This document shows positions 50,033 to 59,167 of a stretch of 64,000 nt of DNA, in pieces. The DNA is from Nannocystales bacterium. Lineage in GTDB: Bacteria; Myxococcota_A; Polyangia; Nannocystales; Nannocystaceae. The stretch lies in the NCBI GenBank assembly GCA_050633305.1, contig JBOEGF010000016.1:1-64000 (forward strand). The letters run 5' to 3'. Position numbers and translations under genes: made by a program. Below the pieces are notes generated by a model, which did not search any database, had not been told where the DNA came from, and was given only the letters and a program-made list of their open reading frames with translations. Numbering within the stretch: the stretch's first letter is position 1; each line of letters begins with the position of its first letter.

Positions 50033-50578
50033 ATGACGAGCCTTCTCGATGCGCGAGCCGCCTACTTCGAAGCCAACGGGTTCGGTGAGGACGGCGGGTA
50101 CAGCAAGGCCACGGTCACCGTCACCGTGCTCGGAATTCCGGTGCAGATCCCGAACACGGAGGGGCGGAAGCGTGCGGTGGTGTTTCACGACATGCACCAC
50201 CTGATCACCGGCTACGCGACGACGAATCTGGGAGAGGCGGAGATCGGCGCCTGGGAGCTCGGCTCAGGGTGCTGGGACTACCGGGCGGCCTGGCTCCTGA
50301 ACTCGGGCAGCCTGCTCCTCGGGGTGTTCACCAGTCCGTCGCGGTTGTTCCGAGCCTTCGTGCGCGGGCGGCAGTCGGCCAACCTCTACGGCCGCGACGC
50401 GGACGCACTTCTTCGTCGACCCGTCGACGAGGTTCGCAACGAGTTGGGCCTCACGAAGGCGTTGGGCCCTGCGTCGGTCAGCGACATCGGTGTGTTCGCG
50501 CTGCACCTTGTGGGAGCACTTGCCGCAGCAGGACTGCCGTTGCTGGCGATCACGTGGCTCCTGCTGCGTCTTTTCTGA
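50033..50578 (+). CDS. Membrane protein with Coq4-like HDxxH...E metal motif
   Basis: HDMHHLITGYATTNLGEAEIGAWE. Confidence 0.7.
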   Translation: MTSLLDARAAYFEANGFGEDGGYSKATVTVTVLGIPVQIPNTEGRKRAVVFHDMHHLITGYATTNLGEAEIGAWELGSGCWDYRAAWLLNSGSLLLGVFTSPSRLFRAFVRGRQSANLYGRDADALLRRPVDEVRNELGLTKALGPASVSDIGVFALHLVGALAAAGLPLLAITWLLLRLF

Positions 50579-51182
50579 GCATCGCGGCGGTCAGGTGTAG
50601 GGCATCGGACCGGAAAGCGGCGAGATCGAACGGGTCTTCCACCCGGACCCGGGCCACGAACGCCGCTCGTGTGCCCCAAAAGGCAATGTGGCTCCGCCGC
50701 TCGACAAGGTCCGGGGCTCCGAGCTCGGGATGTTGGCGTGCGATGTGCTGGGCGAAGTGCCGGATCATGTCGTCGAACCTGGTGCGAACCGTCTCCAGTC
50801 GACCTGCAGAATCCAATAGGTCGACGAGCTGACTGAGCAGAGCGGGGTGGGTGAGGCGCTTGTCGGCAAGAAGCGCATCGATGAACGCTTCGAGGCTCGC
50901 CTCCAGAGTCTCGCCTCGGGCGGACTCCAACGACGAGAGAAACGCAGCGTGGTCCGACTCCAACGCGCGATCGATGATCGCGCGAAGCAGAACGTCGCGA
51001 CCGGGGAAGTAGCGATACAGCGAGCCGACGCTGACTCCAGCCACCTTGGCGATCCGGGCGACCTTGGCTTTGGACCAGCCGACCTCGCGGACGACCCGTT
51101 CGGCGGCCTCGAGGACGGCGTCGGCAAGAAACCGCGAGCGTGCCTGCTGCGGTTGATGTGGCTTGCGGACGCGTGGGGCCAT
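50550..51182 (-). CDS. TetR/AcrR-family regulator
   Basis: PQQARSR, IAKVAGVSVGSLYRYFP; start ATG 51182. Confidence 0.92.
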   Translation of the reverse strand: MAPRVRKPHQPQQARSRFLADAVLEAAERVVREVGWSKAKVARIAKVAGVSVGSLYRYFPGRDVLLRAIIDRALESDHAAFLSSLESARGETLEASLEAFIDALLADKRLTHPALLSQLVDLLDSAGRLETVRTRFDDMIRHFAQHIARQHPELGAPDLVERRSHIAFWGTRAAFVARVRVEDPFDLAAFRSDALHLTAAMLRKDAAGAT

Positions 51183-51255
51183 CGTGACGGAGTGTAGTCT
51201 CGGGAGTCTCGCTTGACCGCCAGTGCTCCCGTGAGTTCCACTAGACCTCGTAGTT

Positions 51256-51630
51256 ATGAGTAGCAAGACTAGATTGACACCGAGACCGCGGGGCCGAGCG
51301 CTTGTGGGTGCGTCGCTCGCGATGGCGCTGAGCGGAGCTGCGTGCGACGACGACGAGGACGAAACCGGCGGCGGGAGTGGCAGCGGAGGGACGACTGCGA
51401 TCGCACCGATGCCCAACCCGACCGAAGGAACCACCACCAACGTGGCGCCCATGCCCGACCCCACGGATAGCGGGACGACCGAGATCGCGCCGATGCCTGC
51501 CCCGACGACGGGGAGCAGCAGCGGAAGCTCAGGTAGCAGCGGAAGCTCGGGCAGTAGCGGAAGCTCAGGCAGTAGCAGCGACAGTGGGACAACCGAGGTT
51601 GCACCCATGCCGCCGCCGACGTCCGGCTGA
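51256..51630 (+). CDS. Small lipoprotein with four [IV]APMP repeats (candidate precursor/substrate)
   Basis: MALSGAA-C-DDDEDE lipobox; TTAIAPMPNP, TTNVAPMPDP, TTEIAPMPAP, TTEVAPMPPP. Confidence 0.8.
   Translation: MSSKTRLTPRPRGRALVGASLAMALSGAACDDDEDETGGGSGSGGTTAIAPMPNPTEGTTTNVAPMPDPTDSGTTEIAPMPAPTTGSSSGSSGSSGSSGSSGSSGSSSDSGTTEVAPMPPPTSG
51523..51576 (+). repeat. 3 x 18-bp tandem repeat encoding (GSS)6
   Basis: ggaagctcaggtagcagc / ggaagctcgggcagtagc / ggaagctcaggcagtagc. Confidence 0.85.
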
Positions 51631-52616
51631 TGCGGCGACGAGTCTTGCGACGGCCGCGACCTCGTCTTGCGGCGACGTGGCGACAGTGGGTTCAGGAGAA
51701 CTTGGCCCACGGCGGCGACGCGGATGAGATCACCGCCGTACTGGTCGATGAAGGCGTGCCCGTGGTCCAGGCGCGCGCAATCGTTCGCCAAGCCTGCAGA
51801 GCGCCCGCGACCGCGACCGCACGGGCGTGGGCACAGGTCGCCCGACTCCGAGCCGAGCTGCGAGCCCCGCAGATCGAACGTGTTCCATTCCCGGGGGTCG
51901 AGGCGCTGAATCGCCGTTACTGGGACACCAACACCGCCGTGTGCTTTGACGGCTTTGCCCGGACCTGGCCCGCGTGCTCCCGGTGGCAGCCGTCCTACTT
52001 TGCGGACGAGTTTGGTGAGGTCAGCGTGGAAGCGTGTGTGGGGCGCAGCGCCGATGCTGAACCCGACATCAACGCCGCGTCGCTACGCGAGAAGATGTCG
52101 ATGGCAGAGTTTGTGGCACGGGTCGAGGCCGCCGGAGTCTCCAATGACCTGTACTTGATCGCGGGAAACGGGAACTCGCGCACCGACGAGTTCGCGCCAC
52201 TGTTCGACGACGTGTTGCCCCCGCCCGGCTTGTTCTCTCCCGAACACCTGCGCTCATCCTCCGCGCTGTGGTTTGGCCCGGCGGGCACGATCACCGCGCT
52301 CCACCACGATACGTCCAACATTCTGTTCTGCCAGATCTGGGGACGGAAGCGGGTGCGGTTGGCTCCTCCAGACAACGCGTTGCTCCTTCCGCTCGCGCGC
52401 GGCCTGTACAACCATGTCGACCCGCGAGACCCCGCGCCAGAACACGAAGATGCTGCGGGCTCGATGTTCGAAGTGCTGCTGGGGCCTGGCGACGCCCTGT
52501 TTATTCCGGTTGGGTGGTGGCACCACGTGGAGGCTCTCGATGTTTCGATCAGCCTCGCGCTCAACGGTTTCGCCCGCGAGAATGCCTACCCCTGGTTCTT
52601 GCCCGGTCGTCGCTAG
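51630..52616 (+). CDS. JmjC / cupin-like Fe(II)-2-oxoglutarate dioxygenase
   Basis: WPACSRW, LWFGPAGTITALHHD, QIWGRKRVRL, LGPGDALFIPVGWWHHV; TGATG overlap with the upstream gene. Confidence 0.92.
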   Translation: MRRRVLRRPRPRLAATWRQWVQENLAHGGDADEITAVLVDEGVPVVQARAIVRQACRAPATATARAWAQVARLRAELRAPQIERVPFPGVEALNRRYWDTNTAVCFDGFARTWPACSRWQPSYFADEFGEVSVEACVGRSADAEPDINAASLREKMSMAEFVARVEAAGVSNDLYLIAGNGNSRTDEFAPLFDDVLPPPGLFSPEHLRSSSALWFGPAGTITALHHDTSNILFCQIWGRKRVRLAPPDNALLLPLARGLYNHVDPRDPAPEHEDAAGSMFEVLLGPGDALFIPVGWWHHVEALDVSISLALNGFARENAYPWFLPGRR

Positions 52617-52755
52617 TGCTTCGGGGCGCCCCCCAAGGACATGCATCGAACCCGCCCTTCATCGGGCGCTGCGAGGGCTGTAGCGCCCGGTTGGGCGAAG
52701 ACTCGGAGGGTGGTGGCCCCCAACAAACCGACCCCGAGCCGGGTAGCATCGGCAT

Positions 52756-53421
52756 GTGGTGGCATGCGCCAATCGAGGACGAATCCTGAGCCTGTTGCTG
52801 GTGACGAGCTGCGTTGCCGACGGGAGCGACAACGGCGGCATCGGGACGACGACCTCTGAGGGAGGAACCGCTGCGGAGACCGAGGTCGGCGAGACCGCGG
52901 GTGCGGAGTCGAGTTCCGAGGGGAGCGGGATGAGCACCACAGGACCCTCGACCGCCTCGGGCGTGACCTCGGCTGCGACGACGATGCCACCCACGGACGG
53001 CGACACCGGGGACGAGAGCTCGACGGGCACCCCGCTTCCCGAGGGCCCCGGTTGCAGTGTGCAGGTCGTAACCCACGGGGAGCTTTTTGACCCCCTTCCC
53101 AAGGGCGAGGACGCGGGTCTTTTTCCGGTGAGTGTGGGCGAGGCGCTCGAGGACTACTGCGGCTGTCACACCCTGATGAGCAACGCGCAGAACATCGAGC
53201 ATCCGGGACTCGAGGCTCCAGGCGGTACCTTGTTCCTGGAGTACGCCGACATCGGCCGGTCCTTTGGTGGAGGCACGTTGGGCCAGGCGATGGCCGAGGA
53301 GGTCTACGGCTATGCGATGCCGCCAGGAAGCTGTTCGTACCCCGGCGACCCTGCGGGGATCTTGGCGAAGTGGTTCGATGAAGGCATGCCAGACGGCACG
53401 AACTTCTCGCCGCCGGAGTGA
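52756..53421 (+). CDS. Lipoprotein with cytochrome c-like C-terminal domain (CGCH)
   Basis: LLLVTS-C; S/T linker; YCGCH...AMPP...WFDEG. Confidence 0.65.
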   Translation: MVACANRGRILSLLLVTSCVADGSDNGGIGTTTSEGGTAAETEVGETAGAESSSEGSGMSTTGPSTASGVTSAATTMPPTDGDTGDESSTGTPLPEGPGCSVQVVTHGELFDPLPKGEDAGLFPVSVGEALEDYCGCHTLMSNAQNIEHPGLEAPGGTLFLEYADIGRSFGGGTLGQAMAEEVYGYAMPPGSCSYPGDPAGILAKWFDEGMPDGTNFSPPE

Positions 53422-53451
53422 AGCTCGTGCATCAGATGCGGACTCGGGGCA

Positions 53452-54045
53452 CTAGCTTGGCGTTGCTCGCTCGACCATGATGAAGACCTGGGGTCCAACG
53501 GTGTGCCCGTGGCGGTCCTCGGCATGAAACGTGCCCACGTGCGTGAGCTGCCCGGGCTCGAGGAGGCCTTCGAACGTGAGCCGGTGCGCGGGCACTCGCT
53601 CGGCTTCCCCCTCGACGGCAAAGCGTGCCTCCAGTTGGAGCTCAACGTGATCTTTGGACAGGCGCGGCCGGGCTTCGAGTGAGAACAGATGGTGGTCCTT
53701 GTCGTCTCCAACCTCCAACTCCATTTCGCCTCGGCTTCGGCCCAAGAGCATCGGCGACAACAACAGCGTGCACCCGCCGGCCTCACACGTGGGGGAGGAC
53801 CGAATCGCGTCGGGTAGTTGCTCGTCGACCTGATCGCCCGAGGCCGATACGACGAACAGACGCATCGCCACCAGCTCCGGCTCGTCGGGAACGACGAGTG
53901 CAGGAGTGGGGAGCGCGGAGTCGGAGACGACGACCGTGGACTCGGGGTCGTCGCACTGTGGCGCAGCAGTGGTCATGGGGCCGGAGGCACAGGCCACCCC
54001 AGTGGCGACGGGGAGACAGAGGAGGGACGCGCGGAGGAGGGACAT
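53452..54045 (-). CDS. Hypothetical lipoprotein
   Basis: VATGVA-C lipobox; GGCTLLLSPMLL. Confidence 0.6.
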   Translation of the reverse strand: MSLLRASLLCLPVATGVACASGPMTTAAPQCDDPESTVVVSDSALPTPALVVPDEPELVAMRLFVVSASGDQVDEQLPDAIRSSPTCEAGGCTLLLSPMLLGRSRGEMELEVGDDKDHHLFSLEARPRLSKDHVELQLEARFAVEGEAERVPAHRLTFEGLLEPGQLTHVGTFHAEDRHGHTVGPQVFIMVERATPS

Positions 54046-54172
54046 GGATGGCCGTTGTGCAACCTCGGTGCCAACCGATTTCGCTGCATCCGAGCGCGGG
54101 TCGTGGGGTGTTGGCGCCAGGCGGTCAGCGGCCTACCGCGTGCGTGGACAATCTGGCATCCGGACCCCGCGC

Positions 54173-56314
54173 TCACTCCCGCGCGACGAGTTTGTCTTCT
54201 TCTACGGAGAGGTCCGCGACCACCGTACTCAGTGCGATATGAGCTTCGAGACGCTGGTTGTTCAGCTCGCTGACCACGAGGAGCGCCGCGTCGAGCTCGT
54301 CGCTCACGCTGCGCATACGCTTGGCGAGATGGGCGGAGAGCGAAGTCCGCTTGGCCTTGCGCAGCAGCACCAGCTGATCCCGGAGCTCGCGCGTTCGGGT
54401 GCGAAGCGCGGCGACCTTCTCCTGCTGGGTGAGGAGCTTCTCGTACAGCGTCAGCGCGGTCTCGTGCGCATCGATGAGCGCACGGAGCTGGGTTGCGACC
54501 GTTGCAGGGGCCCTTCCGGACTCCAGAAATTGTTTCACGGTCACCAGGTCTTGGGTGCTTCGGACATTCAGGGTCGACTCCAGGGGCATCGATTCCGCGA
54601 GCGAGAGCTCGGCACGTTTGCCTGCGGCCACGCGCACGGGAACCAGCACATCGTCGCCATACTTCTGGGTGTCTTTCGGGAGGTCTTGCATGGACCAGCC
54701 CGTCGGAACCGTGTGGCGGACGTAGACCGTCGCATCCTCCGCGCCTCGGTTGTGCAGTCCGAGGGTCGTTGTCCGCACCCGTGACGTCTCGGTCGTCGCG
54801 AGCCCTCGGCGGACGTGCACGATCCTCTGGATTTCGTCGTGCGTCTCGGACTCGCGGCGCATCCGAATCATTCGGTCGAGGGCATACGGCACCAGCGCGT
54901 GGGTTCGCGGAGGGATGGCGTCGGCCAGCCCCTCCCCGAGGTACTGTCCCTGCGAGTAGACGGTGACCGGCCCGGAGTCGAGCGTGTGCTCGGTGGGGTT
55001 GACGATGCGCACCGCATTGAACGCAAAGCGGTTGGAACCGCGGTCACTGGTCGGGTCGAACAGATACACTCGCTGAGCGGAGGTTGGGGCCTCCAGCAGC
55101 GTGACCATGGCGGAGTGCCCGACCGCGAGCGTCAATGGGTCCTCCGCAACGAAGAGTGCGCTGCCACGGGGGGCATCGTCGCCTTGGTCGCTGACCGCCT
55201 GTGTCATTTCCGTCCCCATCTCGATCGCGACGACTTGCAACACGGAGGTCGGGTCGCTCACCACCCCCTGGCCTTGCGCAACCTCGATCCGGTCAGCCTC
55301 GATCCCCGAGGAGATGAGCGCCTCGCGGAGTGTGTTGGCACGTCGCAGCCCTGCCTCCGGGTCGTCGGACTCGTCGCGAAGTTGGTACCCCTCGATGCGG
55401 ACCCGGCCGGGGTCACTGCGGAGTTGTTGGGTTAGCAGTTCCACCGCGGTGGGCGGTGGAGGCTCACGCGGTTTGCCCGCCTTGGGAGCGCGGCGGCTCG
55501 AGCCGAAACTCGGACTGTTCACGTTCGCACCTTCGACGGTGTACTTGCTTTCCGATGCGGTCGTCCCTGCCAAACTGATGCCGCCGGAGTCCCGAGACGC
55601 GGTCGAACTCGCTTCAACCACTGCCGTGAAGTCGCGGGAGGTCGACGTCCCGACGGGGATGTTGCGAAACTCTTCCATTGCGACGTTCGCCAAGACCCGC
55701 TGCCGGGTACCGTCTGCGGAGTACGTGCTCCCGCCCTTGGGAGGCGCCATCGCCAGCTTCTCGCTGGACTCCAACCTCTGCCGTTCCACCATCTGGACGC
55801 TGTGAAGGTCGTACCGAAACGACAGCGCAGACGTTGTTCCCACCCCCACGCGCACGTCCTCCCAGGCCTCGTTCGAAACGTTGTCGACGACCGCGAGCGA
55901 CTGGAGAACTGCAGTCTCATCGTCCTTCAGGCTCACCCGATAGCTCGGCTTCCACGACGGACTCTCGGTGACGTACGTGATCAAGACGTCGCGCTTTCCT
56001 GGCGGCAGCTCGATCGTCATCGCGATGGATGAACTCGATGTACCCCCTGGGGTTCGGTAGGAGACCGACAACGGACTTTGGTCGGCCAGGTCGATGACCG
56101 TCAGGGACTTGAGAAAGTCGTCGACCCGAGCGCGCGGGACTTCGATCGAGAAGGACCCATCGACCGTCGCGCGACGTTCGAAGTACGCGACGCCGTTGCG
56201 GTACACGACCACCCGTCCAAGAGGAGCCTCGAGCTTGGGCGCTTGGTGAGCGCACCCCGGCGCTCCCCAAAGCGCGGCGGCAAGGAGAACAGCGGTTCGG
56301 AACTTCGTCGACAT
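54173..56314 (-). CDS. DUF4139-type lipoprotein with internal OmpA-like and plug-like inserts
   Basis: GAPG-C; GRVVVYRNGVAYFER, DDFLKSL, PSWKPSYR, VVDNVSNEAW, LDSGPVTVY; C-terminal coiled coil. Confidence 0.8.
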   Translation of the reverse strand: MSTKFRTAVLLAAALWGAPGCAHQAPKLEAPLGRVVVYRNGVAYFERRATVDGSFSIEVPRARVDDFLKSLTVIDLADQSPLSVSYRTPGGTSSSSIAMTIELPPGKRDVLITYVTESPSWKPSYRVSLKDDETAVLQSLAVVDNVSNEAWEDVRVGVGTTSALSFRYDLHSVQMVERQRLESSEKLAMAPPKGGSTYSADGTRQRVLANVAMEEFRNIPVGTSTSRDFTAVVEASSTASRDSGGISLAGTTASESKYTVEGANVNSPSFGSSRRAPKAGKPREPPPPTAVELLTQQLRSDPGRVRIEGYQLRDESDDPEAGLRRANTLREALISSGIEADRIEVAQGQGVVSDPTSVLQVVAIEMGTEMTQAVSDQGDDAPRGSALFVAEDPLTLAVGHSAMVTLLEAPTSAQRVYLFDPTSDRGSNRFAFNAVRIVNPTEHTLDSGPVTVYSQGQYLGEGLADAIPPRTHALVPYALDRMIRMRRESETHDEIQRIVHVRRGLATTETSRVRTTTLGLHNRGAEDATVYVRHTVPTGWSMQDLPKDTQKYGDDVLVPVRVAAGKRAELSLAESMPLESTLNVRSTQDLVTVKQFLESGRAPATVATQLRALIDAHETALTLYEKLLTQQEKVAALRTRTRELRDQLVLLRKAKRTSLSAHLAKRMRSVSDELDAALLVVSELNNQRLEAHIALSTVVADLSVEEDKLVARE

Positions 56315-56438
56315 CACGGGGCCAACGACCGCGTGGCGCGACGCTGACATGTTCCTGGGACAGATGCTTTCGTGGCGGGGCCCTGGCTCCATGGCTGCTC
56401 GGAATAGGTTGGCGGCGATCCAGGTATGCTCGCCGCCA

Positions 56439-56936
56439 ATGACCGTCGCCGAGCTCATGCACTCCATCGTCAACTCTGGGTTCGCCGTCGGCCTCGGAGT
56501 CGCGATGTTGCCGCTGATCTTGGGGGCAGCCGCGTTCCTGACGGGGCGCGGTGGCAATCGCGTGCTCAGTCAGCGGCTCGCCAACATCAACATCGCGATC
56601 GGTTTCTTCTCGATCCTGGTGGTGGGTTGCTGGTCGCTGTACGCGGTCACGGTCGAGGGGATGATCGGGTCGACGAACGTTTTGGTGTTCCTGGCTCCCG
56701 TCTACATGCTCGGGGCGGGGTTCGGCATCGAGCACATCCTGCATCCAGGGCAGCAAGAGGACATCCGCCAGCGGGTTCGCAAGGTGTTGATGTTCATCTC
56801 GGTCCTGGGCGTCCTGTACTTCGTGATGAGCCGGCTGAACATGCACATGATCATCTGGACCAACGTGGCCGGGTTCATCTTCTTCATCGCCGCGCTGATC
56901 GGGATTCTCTACCTGCTGATCCGAAAAGTCGTCTGA
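56439..56936 (+). CDS. Membrane protein (about 5 TM)
   Basis: Consecutive hydrophobic helices, strong coding-like codon usage. Confidence 0.75.
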   Translation: MTVAELMHSIVNSGFAVGLGVAMLPLILGAAAFLTGRGGNRVLSQRLANINIAIGFFSILVVGCWSLYAVTVEGMIGSTNVLVFLAPVYMLGAGFGIEHILHPGQQEDIRQRVRKVLMFISVLGVLYFVMSRLNMHMIIWTNVAGFIFFIAALIGILYLLIRKVV

Positions 56937-57061
56937 GACCGAGGTCGCGTTCCGGTGCGCTCCGGTAGCCACGCGTCCTGACTCGGGCCGGACGCGGATG
57001 TCGTGTGGGCCGACGTGTTTGTCACGTTGACTGAGCGCCTGTCGGCCCCCACTGTCATGAC

Positions 57062-57490
57062 ATGGCTAGGCTTGTCTCTTGTGTTCGCTGCGCCCGCCCG
57101 TTCGTGAACGAAGACCGTTCATGTCCGTTTTGCGGACCGGAAACCGGGGACCCCGACCCCGGGGGACGCTGTTCGCAGCGGTGGCCATGGGCTTGGCGCT
57201 CGGCGGTTGCGCAGCGGACGAAGAGGGCACCAGCTCCTCCACGATGAACGCTGGCTCTGAGTCGGGCTCGACTTCGAGGACGACGATGAATCCCGACGCG
57301 AGTTCGACGACGTGACGACGAAACCGCGGGTGAAGCGACCTACGGGGGTCCCGTGACGGACACCGAGGGCGACACCACGACAACGGGCATCGCGCCGGAC
57401 ACGGACACGGACCCGAGCACCGGGACGAGCACCGGCGGAGACATCGATACCGACACCGACGGAACCAGCTCCTCCTCGAGCAGTGGGTGA
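57062..57490 (+). pseudogene. Frameshifted Zn-ribbon lipoprotein with YGGP motif
   Basis: CVRC...CPFC, then shift to TLFAAVAMGLALGG-C, then shift back to DDETAGEATYGGPVTDT...SSG stop at 57490. Confidence 0.65.
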
Positions 57491-57499
57491 AGGCGGCGC

Positions 57500-57925
57500 T
57501 CAGTTCGGGATGACGCGGCGGTAGACTGCGACGTTCCCAGGGCTCTCGCCGTTCGGGAGACGGACGACTTGGGTCACGCGCATCGCATCCCCGGAGGCGT
57601 CGAGTTGGCGTTGTGCGACCATGAGCTCTTTGCCATCGAGGTAGGCGTACGAGTTGAGCTCGCGGGGCGACACCGCCTCGACGGCGAGCGAGTCGGCGAG
57701 CTCCCCGGCGGCAAAGGGCATCTTGGTGCCGTCGGGAAAACCCGAGAAGGAGACCGAGCCGGACTTGCCCGCGGCGTCGACCCACTGCGCCGTGAACTCG
57801 ACGGTTCCGTCTTTGTTTTCCGCGATCCGATAGGACCCGGAGGTTGGCGGGTCGCCTTGCTCGTACTGGCAGCTCTCGGGGATGAGTTGCCACAGCCCGA
57901 GGAAGTCTCGATAGACGCGGTCCAT
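57500..57925 (-). CDS. Hypothetical protein (lipocalin-like beta barrel)
   Basis: FLGLWQLIPESCQYEQG N-terminal GxW motif; beta-rich. Confidence 0.7.
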   Translation of the reverse strand: MDRVYRDFLGLWQLIPESCQYEQGDPPTSGSYRIAENKDGTVEFTAQWVDAAGKSGSVSFSGFPDGTKMPFAAGELADSLAVEAVSPRELNSYAYLDGKELMVAQRQLDASGDAMRVTQVVRLPNGESPGNVAVYRRVIPN

Positions 57926-57994
57926 CGCGGAGAGCCTAGCGCAAGTTTTTGTCACCTGGTGACACTGAAAAGCCCGGCGTGATAGGCAGCGATC

Positions 57995-58735
57995 ATGAGG
58001 CTTCGAAACCGCTGGGTAGCACTCGGTCTGGTCGCGCTTCTCGCTGCATGCAGCGACGATGACGGCGGTGGCGGCTCAGGGTCTGGGACGGAGTCCGGGG
58101 TAGGGACAGGATCCTCGTCGACCGGGGATGCCGCGGCGACCAGCGCCGCGTTGACCACGACGGGGTCGCAAACGCAGGGGACAACGCCCGGCAGCGGTGA
58201 GACCTCCGGCGGTCCTTCCTCCGAAACCGATCCCTCGGTCGGGACCTCGGCAGGCTCAACCTCTTCCGCCGCAGAGACGGGCGTGGGCTCCGAATCAGGC
58301 GGCGGCGAAGATGGGGGCGGCAGCATCGATGTCACGTTGACCGGTTGCGACGTCGACTTCGGCGGCACGATCGTGGTCTCGTACAATGGCTCACTGGGCG
58401 TGGCCTCGGTGTACGACAGCGGCGCGACGCTGACGGGCAGCTTTCAGTTCGACCTCGACGGGACCGGCAGCATGGCGTTGAGCAGCCAGCACCGTGTCGA
58501 CACGGGCAACGTCATCAACATGGTCGACATTGGCCAGGGCACCTGGACCAACCTCGACTCCGACGCGCTTTCCGGTGGTGATGACAGCATCGGCGGAACC
58601 CTGGACGTCGACGTTTGGAACCCATCGCGCGGCCAAGCGGAGTTGACGTTCTCCGGAGTGTCGCTGATGAACGTGGTCAACGGGAACGTCTGCACGATCG
58701 ATGGAACCGTCATCGCCGAGGAACTCTATCCGTAA
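57995..58735 (+). CDS. Hypothetical lipoprotein
   Basis: VALLAA-C-SDDD; G/S/T linker; beta-rich C-terminal domain with two Cys. Confidence 0.8.
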   Translation: MRLRNRWVALGLVALLAACSDDDGGGGSGSGTESGVGTGSSSTGDAAATSAALTTTGSQTQGTTPGSGETSGGPSSETDPSVGTSAGSTSSAAETGVGSESGGGEDGGGSIDVTLTGCDVDFGGTIVVSYNGSLGVASVYDSGATLTGSFQFDLDGTGSMALSSQHRVDTGNVINMVDIGQGTWTNLDSDALSGGDDSIGGTLDVDVWNPSRGQAELTFSGVSLMNVVNGNVCTIDGTVIAEELYP

Positions 58736-59167
58736 CAGGCCGGGGCTTGCTGTGCGGATCGGAAGTACGGCCGATACGGACTGCCTCCTGGGTATGGACG
58801 CCCAGGCCGGTGCGCTATCCCGCCTCTCGAGTGCGCGACGCTGAGAACGCTCCGCTTCTGACCGCGAGAGCGATCTAGCGACTCGACCTGATAGGCATGG
58901 ACCGCTGCTCCGCAAGCGGACCTCCCCCGACTTCGCATAGCCTCTACACGGAGATCGTCGAGGTTCCTCGCTGGGCACTTGCGCTTCTGGATCCGCAGGT
59001 GGTCATCCACGAAGTCGAAGGTCTCCTCGACCGTCTGGTGGCAGGTCCCGGCACGTCGCGCCCGCATTGGGCCGTGGCAGCGCTGGCAAATCGAGACATC
59101 GATGGATGGTGCAGCGTGCTCAATCCCGCCATTTGACGGCTTCACTTGCAGGCTGGTACGGGGATTC

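Noticed and set aside
51523..51576. Tandem repeats as a CRISPR-like array
   Set aside because: No spacers and no cas genes; they encode a GSS linker.
57313..57315. TGA in the lipoprotein frame as a second selenocysteine codon
   Set aside because: Readthrough meets another stop five codons later and there is no redox motif; a frameshift explains it better.
58900..59110. Minus-strand CQRCH-containing stretch upstream of the LRR gene
   Set aside because: No convincing start or family resemblance; may be a remnant but cannot be supported.
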